Source: Eukaryota sp. TZLM1-RC
Lineage: Eukaryota; Protista; Metamonada: BaSk clade
NCBI GenBank assembly: GCA_040285825.1
Contig: JAUPSS010000001.1
Coordinates: forward strand, 1,302,001-1,366,000
Direction: 5' to 3'
DNA length: 64,000 nucleotides
The notes under the pieces are model-generated. The model saw only the letters and a program-made list of their open reading frames with translations. It did not search any database and was not told the origin of the DNA. This document shows positions 12,691 through 25,200 of the stretch, in pieces; position 1 is the first letter of the stretch, and each line of letters starts with the position of its first letter. A program made the translations under genes and the position numbers.

Positions 12691-14556
12691 TGTATTTAAT
12701 AAACTCATTTAAAAATTGAATTTTCCAATCGATCTACACCAACAACCTTCTGATATGTTCTACGTTCTCGTGATTCTGCTTACTTGTTCTGTCTCTGCTT
12801 TTGCTTTTGCTTTTGATGTTCATCTTGTTACTCCCGACTCTGAGAATATTACCTTTCACTGGTCTTCAGCTTCTACATGGAATGACTCTCGACCCACACA
12901 ATCATCCACAGTCTATGTAGATGGAAAAGGAATGAAACCGATCCTGGTTATCGATTTCCCTCCCAAAGTGTATTCCCTTCATCTCTATGGTGTTACCTTA
13001 CGCTTTGAGTCCCTTGACGTTTCAGTTACTGATACCACAACCTGTGATGATGTGTTAATCGAGGCTGTCACTGGTCAGATCGCCAACTTCACCACCACTA
13101 ACTTGGAAGTTTTGGTACCATGCGAGTTGAGTCTAATCAATTTTGTTATAAAAGGAAATGGTAAACTTTCCAATAAACTTTCTCTTTCACTAACCTCTTT
13201 GTTGGTTGATTTTGGTGCTGAACTGGTGATTGAGGGAGGTAGTTCAGATTCATTTGAATTAAAGGCGTGGGGTAATGGTCGGTATGGCAGAACTGGTACG
13301 AATCATACTGTTTATTCACACACACTATTACCAGTAATTACTGATGAAGAATTCACTTTCATTGCTGGTGGTTTGGACCATACATTAGGCATCACTAGTG
13401 AAGGTAGCCTATTTGCTTGGGGTCTTTTAGGTCTTATAAGTGTAGGGCAAAATGTGTATATCTATGACCCATATAATTTCCCTGAACCAGTTGATTTAGA
13501 TAATGTCGTTCAAATTTCTGCCGGAGGTGGTTTTTCGCTTGCCAGAACCCAGGATAACTTTGTTTATTCTTGGGGTAGGGGCACACTAGGTCATGGTGAC
13601 GAAGATGATCAACCCAAACCTAAGCATATTAGTACATTGGAAAATGTAGTTGATATTAGTGCTGGAAGAGGTCATTCACTTGCAGTGTTGTCTAATGGTA
13701 AAGTTAAAGCTTGGGGTGGTAATTTTTATGGTCAACTTGGTGATGGAAGTACCACAAGGAGAACTACTCCTGTAGAAGTTAATACTACTGATAGTATAAA
13801 AAAAAGTTATTGGTTGTGCACAGCATTCACTCTTTATTACCGAAAATGATGAATTAATGGCAACAGGATTGAATGTTAGAGGAGCTCTTTGCTTAGGGGA
13901 CGAATCTTCTACGTCTCATGGTATTATGATTATTGATAACAATAGATATTCACCTGTAAAAATAGTAAATTATGAAAATTATAAAATAGTTCAAGCAAGT
14001 TGTTGGTCGACCACAAGCAGTGGTTGTTGTAGTTTCACTATTTTCCTAGCAAAAGAAGGTGATGTTTATAGTTGTGGTGAAGTTTTGGGTAGACCTACAG
14101 ACTCTACTTTTCGTCACACACCAGGTAAAGTCCAAGGTTTGGGTAGGGTAAGGAGTATTGGGGGTGGAAGTTATATTGCTTTTGCTGATGATTTTAATAA
14201 TGTTTTGTTTAGCTGGGAAGAAGGTGATGATGAAGCTTCAATTAATACTCAAACGAGAGATTATGAAATTGGTAGTGTTTTTGCTGGAGCATCCCATTTT
14301 TTCATTCAAACACCCCAATCAGCTGCAATAAGTGCTCTTGACAATTCTTTACTCAAAGTAAATGGCACAGTGGAGAATATCGCTGAAAGTTCTTTTACTT
14401 TTGAAATATAAATTCTTGTGCATTCTACTGGATCTTTGGTGGCCCAAAATGGAGGTTTTGTTTTTGACAAGAGAGTTGTTGGTGCTGGTTTAATTAAAGC
14501 AATGAATCACTTTGAACTAATATTTGAAAGTGATTTGAACCTGGAAGGAGGACAAG

Positions 14557-17500
14557 TAAGTTCTGAACTTTCTATTGAAAATACAGAGGGAAACTCAATC
14601 ACAGGATTTGGTCATTTCAAGTCGGATTTAATTAACCATGGTACAATAGATCCATCTGGAATTACAGAAGTCACTGGTGATTTACAATTAAGTGATTCAT
14701 GAACCATTTTATTTACCAATCAAAAAACTGATAATGGTCAGTTAATTGTTGATGGTACAGTTTATTTAGATGGATTACTAGAAGTTGATTATTCATTTCA
14801 ACCCGTACAAAAAGACTTTAATTTGGATTTAATAACTTTAATTCTAAATCAAATGAATTAAACCAGATTCTCATCAATTGTGAATCTTTTATAGAAGTAA
14901 CAGAAGATTTCTTTCTATTAACTGCTATTAATGAGATTATTCCAGATTTAAACCATGTTTCTTTTATTTCTCCTTTTGGAACTAATGAAGATTGTTGTGG
15001 TACTGCCTCAGTTCCATGTTTGTCACTTAGTAAAATAATCGAAAGAATGGGTTATTATGGTGTTGTTTTTTTTGAAGAAGGTGAATATAATGAAATTAAT
15101 TTTGATGTTGATTTAATTGGAGTTGATTTTGAATTTAGAGGAAATGAAGATGATATTAGTATTAATGTTTCAACTTCATTGTGTGTTGCTCAGTCTTACC
15201 TTAATATCAGTAATATTGAGTTTGATTTATCGGATTTTAGATCTTTTTTGATTATCGATAATTCCAACCTAACACTGGAAAATGTAGTAATTAATTCCAA
15301 TAACCCAATCATCAATGGTTTTAATTCAAATGTTGCTTTTGATAATGTAGAAATTACGTCAAATAACCAAGCTGAACCCTTTATTGACTTGTACCTTTGT
15401 CAATTTACTGGATTAAATTCAATACTGCTTGGTGAAGGAATTTCCTTGTCTTTCAATCATTCAGTCATTCAAATGACCAACTTTTTGATTGAAGGCCAAA
15501 TTCATCCATCTGATAACGTATTATTTGTTGAAAATTCAAAACTGGATTTAACTGATATTAAGTTTTCAATAGATTCTATTTACTTTGGTGATTCCAATCC
15601 TTCAATCATTTTTACTACCAATTCAAGTATTTCCATTTCTAATTCATTTGTTGTATACTCTGACCTAATTCTTTTGGAAGCCATCACTAGTGAGGTTGTC
15701 TTTAATTCACTCAATGTTTCAAATTGTCAAAGCTCTTTGTTCATCAATACTACTTTATCTAGTGTTGAATTAAATAATGTCATAGTTAATCACTCAAAGG
15801 GTCAGTTTTTACTAGCCCAAGACACTAGTGAAGTAGTCCTTAGAAATGTTACATTTGAAAAAGTTGTCTCTGATTCACCTTTGATTGAAATCATTGATTC
15901 CAATTTCTTTTCAGTTGATTTTGATGTTTTTAATTGTGAGGTACATTCATTATTGGATTCACTGAAATCAAACAGCGAATTAACTAAAACTTATTTAACC
16001 AATCTTACCCTCACTAGTGGTAATTTATTAAATATTGATCAAAGTTTTTTGGAACTAACCCAATTGGAAATGGTTGGTTACACTTTTGATGGAATTCCCA
16101 ATGTTTTCACTTGTAAGCAACAGAATTATTTAATTAATTCCATCACTTCAACGTTTGCTATAATTCAATCAAATTTGATTGGTTAGCATTCTGTATTGGT
16201 TAGATCAATTGAGGTGGACGAGAAAAGTTTCATTTCAGGCAAGGGATAAATACCTTGATTTAGAGCTAATGGTTGGTGAATTATCAACAATGAATTAAAT
16301 GAATCAACATTGAATTAATTAAAACTTATTTGACCAATCTTACCCTCATTAATGGTAATTTATTAAATTCTGATCAAAGCTATTTAGAACTAACCCAATT
16401 GGAAATGGTTGGTTACACTTTTGATGAAATTCCCAATGTTTTTACTTGTAAACAACAGAATTATTTAATTAGTTCCATCAATTCCACGTTTACCATAAGT
16501 CAATCAAATTTGATTGGTTGTTTAGTTGATACAATCCTTTATTTTGATCTAAATTTCAAAGTTTCTACTGCTTCTTTTCTCAACTTTCTTGACTATTTAG
16601 CTTTAACGAGGTTATCACTCCTCAATTCTACTATTGAACTGAATACAAATCATTCTGTATTGTTTAGATCAATTGACTTGGACGAGAACAGTTCTATTTC
16701 AGGCAAGGATAAATACCTCAATTTAGAGCTAATGATTGGTGAGTTAGCAACAATTAATGATTGTGTTAATACAAGGGAATGGCAAATTGAATTTAACTTT
16801 CCTTTTGCTGAGTTAATTGAAGACTTTGTGTTAATTCATCAATATAATTCTGTTTCGAAAAATATTTTTTCTCTGTTGATTTCTTATTAATCAGTTTCAA
16901 GGACAATTATGCACCAAACAGCTCCCTCGATTACTTTGAAGTGCATTTTTCATCACCAATTATTCAGTTTTTCCACTCAAAAGTTTTGCAACTATGTTCA
17001 CCACAGCTTACACTTCCTCCAACACCAACTCAAGGTAAAGAATTAAGTTCTCAATTATCTATTGAAAATAAAGAGGGAAACTCAATCACAGGATTTGGTC
17101 ATTTCAAGTCGGATTTAATTAACCATGGTACAATAGAACTATCTGGAATTATAGAAGTCACTGGTGATTTAGAATTAGGTGATTCATCTACCATTTTATT
17201 TACCAATCAAAAAACTGATAATGGTCAGTTAATTGTTGATGGTACTGGTTATTTAGATGGATTACTAGAAGTTGATTATTCATTTCAACCCGTACAAAAA
17301 GACTTTAAATTGGATTTAATAACTTTTAATTCTAAATCATATGAATTTAACCAGATTCTCATCAATTGTGAATCTTTTATAGAAGTGACAGAAGATTTTT
17401 TTCTATTAACTGTTATTAATGAAATTGTTCCAGATTTAAACCATATTTCTTTTATTTCTCCTTTTGGAACTAATGAAGATTGTTGTGGTACTGCCTCAGT

Positions 17501-19070
17501 TCCTTGTTTGACACTTAGTAAAATAATCGAAAGAATGGGTTATTATGGTGTTGTTTATTTTGAAGAAGGTGAATATAATGAAATTAATTTTGATGTTGAT
17601 TTAATTGGAGTTGATTTTGAATTAAGAGGAAATGAAGATGATATTAGTATTAATGTTTCAACTTCATTGAGTGTTGCTCAGTCTTACCTTAATATCAGTA
17701 ATATTGAGTTTGATTTATCGGATTTTACATCTTTTTTGATTATCGAAAATTCCAACCTAATACTGGAAAATGTAGCAATTAATTCGAATACTCAAATCAT
17801 TGATGGCTTCAATTCAAATGTTGCTTTTAATAATGTAGAAATTACGTCAAATAACCAAAATGAACCCTTCATTGACTTGTACCTTTGTCAATTTACTGGA
17901 TTAAATTCAATACTGCTTGGTGAAGGAATTTTTTGTCTTTTAATCATTCAGTCATTCAAATGACCAACTTTTTGATTGAAGGTCAAGTTGTTCCATCTGA
18001 TAACGTATTATGTGTGGAAAATTCAAAAGTTGATTTCACTGACATTAGGTTTTCAATAGTTGAAAGTGATTTTGGTGGTTCCAATCCTTCAATAATTTTT
18101 ACTACCAATTCAAATATTTCAATTTCTAATTCATTTCTTGTAAATTCGGATTTTATTCTCTTAAAAGCCATCACTAGTGAGGTTGTCTTTAATACACTCA
18201 ATGTTTCAAATTGTCAAAGCTCTTTGTTCATCAATACTACTTTATCTAGTGTTGAATTAAATAATGTCATAGTTAATCACTCAATAGGTCAGTTTTTGCT
18301 AGCCCAAGACACTAGTGAAGTAGTCTTTGGAAATGTTACTTTTGAAAAGGTTGTCTCTGATTCAGTTTTGATTGAAATCATTGATTCCAGTTTCTTTTCA
18401 GTTGATTTTGATGTTTTTAATTGTGAAGTATATTCATTATTTGATTCACTGAAATCAAACAGTGAATTAATTAAAACTTATTTAACCAATCTTACCCTCA
18501 TTAATGGTAATTTATTAAATATAGATCAAAGTTATTTAGAACTAACTCAATTGGAAATGGTTGGTTACACTTTTGATGAAATTCCCAATGTTTTTAGTTG
18601 TAGTCAAGATAATTATTTAATTAGTTCAATCAATTCCACGTTTACCATAAGTCAATCAAATTTGATTGGTTGTTTAGTTGATGCAATCCTTTATTTTGAT
18701 CTAAATTTCCAAGACTCTACTGCTTCTTTTCTCAAATTTCTTGACTATTTAGCTTTAACGAGGTTATTGCTTCTGAATTCTACTATTGAATTAAATACAA
18801 ATCTCTCTGTATTGGTTAGATCAATTGAGTTGGACGAGAACAGTTCTATTTCAGGTAAGGATAAATACCTTGATTTAGAGCTAATGATTGGTGAATTATC
18901 AACAATTAATGAATGTGTTGGTACAAGGGAATGGCAAATTGTATTTAACTTTTCTTTTGCTGAATTAATTGAAGACTTTGTGTTGATTCATGAATATAAT
19001 TCCGCTTCGAAAAATATTTTTTCCTCTGTTGATTTCTTATTAATCAGTTTCAAGGACAATTATGCAGCAA
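14557..19070 (+). repeat. intragenic tandem duplications within the surface-protein gene
   Basis: 14557-16180 is similar to 17045-18670, and 16310-17044 is similar to 18461-19070 plus 26476-26605; clearly homologous but diverged in both DNA and protein. Confidence 0.85.
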
Positions 19071-19220
19071 TGTTAGTCTTGAATAGTATTTATAGTAATA
19101 GTTTAGTTATTAGTATTCCGCCTGTTAGCTTAAGAAGAGAGAACACAATTCCTCTTCGTAATAAATTACTTTACATTTACTCAAGCTATGTCACACGATA
19201 ACCCTAGCCATAGACCATCA
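19071..19220 (+). repeat. 5' LTR, family A (150 bp)
   Basis: Identical to 26322-26471; contains AATAAA and the Gag-Pol ATG (19188). Confidence 0.97.
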
Positions 19221-22200
19221 ATACGTATTGGGTCGTCCCCGGCTCAGCGTAGGATCCTTGAGGAAGAGACTGGTCCCTCTTCCTCACCACTAACCACAGA
19301 CTCTGCTTCCGTGCCTCCTTCTTCGGTTGAAGCTTCTGCGCTTCCTGAAGCAACTCTTCCCGAGGGTTCTACCCCAAAGGAAGATAGTTCCCTTCCTGAG
19401 GATTCCGTTCCCATGGAAGGAAGTTCCTCTCCTCGGGATTCCGTTCCTGTAGAAGGAGACAACCCTCCCAAGGATTCTATTCCTTCGGAAGGAAGAAGCC
19501 CTTCATTAGTCTCCTACGACGATGAAGATGTTGAGGATTCCGTTGCTCCTCTTCCTCCTTCACATTTAAGGGCGTCTGAAGTCCCATCTTCTCCCCTCCC
19601 TGAAAGAAGTTCTGAAGTACCACCTTCACCTTCTACTCAGAACAGAGAGACTGTTCAACCTTCTCTCGCGTCAAAGGAAGGATTAGAAGATCTACCCTCT
19701 TCCTCCTCTACAAAGGCCACTGAAGTACCATCTTCATCCCTTTCATCTAGTTCTGAGGTTCCACCCTCTCATTCTCAACAGCTCCTCCCTCCAGTTCCAA
19801 CTGCTAGGAGGAACATTCAAAATCCTGCTGTTCCAGCTTCGGGATCTCCTCTGACTTCAACAGTTAGTGGAGTTAATAATCTATCTGTTTCCCCTCACCA
19901 GGCTAGTGATTCCATTCCTAGCCTTTCGAACCTTCCTTCGTATCTTTCCGAAGAGCAAAGGAAAAGGTACGAACAAATCTTTTCAGATTTGGTTGAGTAC
20001 GAGGAACCTCCCAAGGAATTCTCCCCTCTACCTCAACATCAGGTCCCTCCCACGGCACCATCTTCTGAAATTGACAAAATTCCTGGTGAGGTCTCTAAAG
20101 AATATATAGAGCGTTTTCTCCAAGAAGAACGAAACTGGGAACACAGAAAAAGATTGGACAGAGAGATTGAAGCTAGAAGAGGAACATCCTCTACACCTGC
20201 TCAACTTACCCCTTCTCAAACTAGCTCCTACGCTAGCTCAAGTGTTCATCATGGTGCTTCCCGTCAGCACAACCCTTACGCTAGATATAGGGACACACGA
20301 GTCATTCCAGGGGATCCAGAAGCCATCCCTCCCACGGAGATGAGCAACAAACGGCCTCCTTTCCACGGTCCCAAAGTCGAGAACGACTTAGGATTATGGA
20401 TCTCTCCCAGAATTGGTCCATTTCTTTCCGATGAAAGGATCACCCCAGAAACCTCCAGGAATGACCCTGAACCAACTTATGAACCAAGACCCGGAGTTAG
20501 GTTCATGAGAACTACTCGAGAAGGAGTATTCAGACGCTTCGCTGGAGATGAAGACAACCTCTTCATAAATGTTCACAACCCTTGCCCATACCCTAGGTTC
20601 AGCCCTGGGTACAACGCATCTCTCGATATCCTCATCGACAGAGATTATAGAACAGGGTGGTGGTTTACTGAAACCACTTATGGTGAAAGACTCTTTCTTT
20701 ACGACAGACGTCCTGACCATATAGCTTCATATTGTGGGCCTGACCACAGAAGATCAGGCAATCTTCAAAGAGCTCTCCAGCTCGTCACAGTTTTCCCTGG
20801 ATGCATAGAATCCAGGATGTTGAAATGGGTCATGGTAGAAGGTCGCATAGAAAAGACACGCTTGGTACAACCAGCGATCTCTTCATATCAGGTTCCTGCC
20901 CAGATTGAAGAAACTGAACCTTCCCCTGAACCTCACCAAAACGAAGTTCCATCCTCCGTTGAACAACCTATGGAAACTTCTACAGAACCCCCCACACAAC
21001 CCTCGCATAATCCTCCCATGGAACAAACTGAAGAGGACGTTGTAGTGGAAGTCAGTGATGAGTCTCCAACTCCTGACTCTATTCCAACTGTGTTAACACC
21101 CATGGAACACACTCCAGTACCTGCACAGCCTATGGAACAATCAGTGGTTCCACCCACACTCCTTTCCACTAGTTCTACAAGTTCTCAGCCCCCGGTTCAA
21201 CCAACACCATCCACAGTAAGTTCTTCTCGTTCTACATTTTCGGGTACTTACGACAGCAACCTTCTCCTATCTTCCATGGTGGGATCAAGAGACAGGGACA
21301 ATAGACGTAGGGACCGTCCCAAACGTCCAACTCTCGATGCTTCTGACTTAAGAAATGTTGATAAACTCCTAAAGTTTGTTAACAAATTCATTCTCTGGAG
21401 TCGCACCGACAGAATAGTCGATGAGGCTCGAGGTAATATCGAAGACCCTGCTCAAGTTGCTTTGGCCAGCGAAGTTGCCAGACTTCGCGAAGAACTCGAA
21501 CTAGCCAGATCAGCAGAATTGGCATCTGACCAACGGTTCGACAGCGAACCAATTCATGAATGGGATCTCTTCCGATCCGCCATGCGCATCAGTCCCAGAG
21601 GTTTAGCTGAATGCGTTACACCTGAAGCTCTCAACGCTTTAAGGTATCAAGGCACTGGCCTTTCAATTTCCTCTGCGATGGTCCCAACCAGCAGAGATGA
21701 ACGCAACATTTGGGAACAGATCCTAAGGAGAACCCAATTCAGTAGACTGGATCAAGCTCTGGACGCTCTACATGCAGTTAACATGGATTGGTCTGAGAGA
21801 GATTATGGTAACAGATGGATAGACTTCATGCTTAACATAGGCAGAGTCTTAACGCGTTCCACCGCTATCCAAGACGTTCGTGGCCTGACTCATCAAATGA
21901 GAAACATCACCATCCACGGAAACCCCGTAGACCGACTCCCCGAATGGGAAATTGCTTCTCACGTCATTGAAAGCATCGGTATTACCATCATCAGGGACAG
22001 ACTCCTCAGGATCTGGTCCAACCCCTCCCATTACTACTCAGATGGCCACACCCTAGGAGAATTTTTCAGTGTTCTCCAAATAGAGTACGAAAACTTTTGT
22101 AATGCTAGATCTTTTAAGGAGCAGATCAATCACGTGGACTTCTTGTATCAAAATAGAATCTCGTTTCAGACTGAGAACCGTCGCAGACAGACGGTACCTT

Positions 22201-25200
22201 CTCCCCCTGCTATCCCCAAAACAAGAGGTTCCAGCTCTGGCAGGCGCCCAAAACAACAACGACGAGAAGGAAGCTCTACTCAACCGTCTTCCACTCAGTC
22301 TGATGTCAACGTCCAATGCAATTTCTGTAAACAAATGGGTCATCCGACTGAAAGATGCCCTAGTGAGGACTGCCAAAGAAGCAAAAAGTGGAGAGAGCAA
22401 CAAGCTCAACACAAAGCTCGAGGCAGAGGTTCTAGAGGTTCTGGTTTCCGTAGCCGAAGAGGCACTCGCGGCAGAGGCAAGGGCTCTTCATCATATAATA
22501 AACGTTCCCGTCACTATTTACACAGTTTTGAAACCATACCCCCTACAACTACAACACATTCCCACACAGAAAACACAACATGGAAAGATTCCCTAATCAA
22601 TCCTTTAGCCAACTTGGAACATACCAAGACGCATAACATTCAAGCTAATTTCTTCTCAGAACAAGCTGAATATGATTCCGATACAATATTTATGGTACAA
22701 TCCATAAAGTCCACAACCAACTGCCTACAATTAAACTTCTTGATCAACAATGTCGAAGTTAAAGGCATAATTGACTCCGGTGCAACATGCTCAGTAGTCA
22801 CAGAAGACGTCATCAGTAATTGTAACATGGCACGTTCCAACGAAACCATATCATACAAGATTGCTGATGGATCTACCTCACAGTCCCTTGGTACTGCTTC
22901 TGGAACCCTTAGCATTAGACTAGGCAGTGTTTCCCAGATTGTACACGTGAAACACAAGTTCAGCATCGTTCCTGGACATGAGACCATTCTCATTGGTGCT
23001 GACTTGTTGAGTCACCTTGGGCTGATGAACAACAAGGGCATTTATATTAGAATGGACGACGCCTGTCGCACATTACTATTACCTGAAGCCGAATTCGACC
23101 ATCGAATATCGCAAGCTTCAGAAGTCGTCAACGTTTCCACACGTTGGTTGGAACACATCAACTCATCTGGTTGTACCATCAACCTCGACAACGACCATTT
23201 CAAGAAGTCCCTACTTCAAACTTTGAAAGAGTTCGAAGACGTATTTACCCTCAAGCCTCATGCTGAAGGTATTGATTGCCCTCCCATGGAAATCAACTTC
23301 TACAACGAAGACGTCAGAGTTAGAAGACCCCCCAGGACCCTGAATCCAGCCAGGCTAGAGGTCGCTAACCAAATTTTCGACAAACTCGTAGACTCAGGAT
23401 TTGCTGTCCCATCGAACCACGAGTTCAGCTCCCCTGTCTGTCTAGTGGTCTACCCAGATCACCGTAAGCCCCGCCTTACCGGTGACTATAGTGGCAAGGA
23501 CGGAGTCAACGCCAACACCATTCCTGTTGAGCCCAACCTTCCAAGGATCTCCGATAGGCTGGTATTTCTCTCCCAAGCGAACTACATAGGCACCCTTGAC
23601 CTCCCCAAAGCCTTCTGGCAACTCAAAATTGCTGAAAAGGATTGGCAGAAAACAGCCCTGAGCATTCCTGGCAAAAGTATCATGTTCAAACGTGCAGCTT
23701 TTGGCCTAAAGAATGTCCCAGCCGTTTTCCAAAACGTCATGGCTGACATCTTCTCTGGAGACGGTGTCTTCATTTACATAGATGACATCATAATCATAGG
23801 TTCAACCTTTGACGAATTCATTGAACGCCTCCGTCGCGTCCTTGATCAAGCCAGGTGCAAAAGAGTTTCCTTGGGACTTCCAAAGTGTCATTTCGTGTCT
23901 TCCAGACACCCAATCAAGATACTGGGCAGTGTTTTCCAAAACAAGCAACGGACTATCGATCCCACTCGCGTTGAATCTTTGCTGAATCTACCTAGACCAA
24001 AGACAATCAAAGACGTCCGCAGCCTTGTAGGATCAGTCAACTTCATTAGAGAATGGCTTCCTCAGGTATCTGAGCTCATCGCTCCTATCATCAGATTGAC
24101 TAAGAAGGATGGAACTAACTCCAACGTTAAACCCAAACCCCGCGCGCAACGCCTTCAATGGACCGACATGCACGACGGACTCCTTCAAAAGATCAAACAA
24201 CTGATAGCGAAACACATGCCGCTCAGCTTACCTCCGCAGGAAAACCAAATTTTAATTAGTTGCGATGCATCCGACATTGCTGTAGGCGGCGTCATATGGG
24301 AACAAATCGAACAAGTCGACGACCCCGGTACCCCCCTGATCAATAGGAAATGTAGGCCTATCAGCTTCTTCAGCCGGTTGTTAACCAACTCGCAAAAGAA
24401 CTGGCCGACTAACCAAAAGGAACTCTACGCTATCCTACTCATGTTAACTCAAAGTGGTTTTGAAAACTACTTAAAAGGAAGGAAACTGGTCATATTCACA
24501 GACCATCAAAACCTTACCTACATGTTCACGGCTCCTGAGAAGAACAGAATTGTAACAAGATGGTTACCCATATTCTCTGAATTCTGCTTTGACTTGGTAC
24601 ATACCAAAGGGGAAGATAACTTCTGGGCTGATATGTTGTCTCGAATAGTTCCGCCTATAGACCATCAAGAGATCAATCATTTGTCCCATCAAATGCCTCC
24701 AAATTTTCATCCAATATTTTACATTGACAAAATTGATGGAACAGAAAATGAAAGATACTACATCGAAGACTTAAACAACTTCGAACGTATCATGGTCATC
24801 AGAGAACGATGTTCCAACGACCTGCCTATTTTCGAGCCATGGCTCTGTAGGATTAGGTCCGAACAGAAGCTTGCCATAGCTTCCAAAGACCCCTCTTTCA
24901 ACAACTGTGTTCATAACAATCATCTTGATTTATATATGACTCACGACAACAAGATAGTGATTCCCAAATCACTCATTAAGGACACCCTTAACTTGTTGCA
25001 TGGACTTCTGCAAGGAGGTCACCCAAGCAAAGCTGAAAGCCTGAACAAGCTCAGGAACAGCGATTATTGGTGGCCAAACATGCTCACCGACATGAATAAG
25101 CACGTCCAAGAATGCCCCTCCTGTCAGAAAACAAAGCCAGTTCCCAAACTGCATGTTCCCCCAACCGGTTCATTGTGGGCGGACAGACCTTTTGCTCGCG

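Noticed and set aside
19229-19246. TGG 8 nt after each 5' LTR as a displaced tRNA PBS
   Set aside because: The bases after TGG differ even between the related families A (tgggtcgtcc) and C (tggatcacct). The spacing is too long, the position expected to pair with tRNA C61 is not G, and the TGG is explained by the palindrome and stem. Not formally excluded without the tRNA set.
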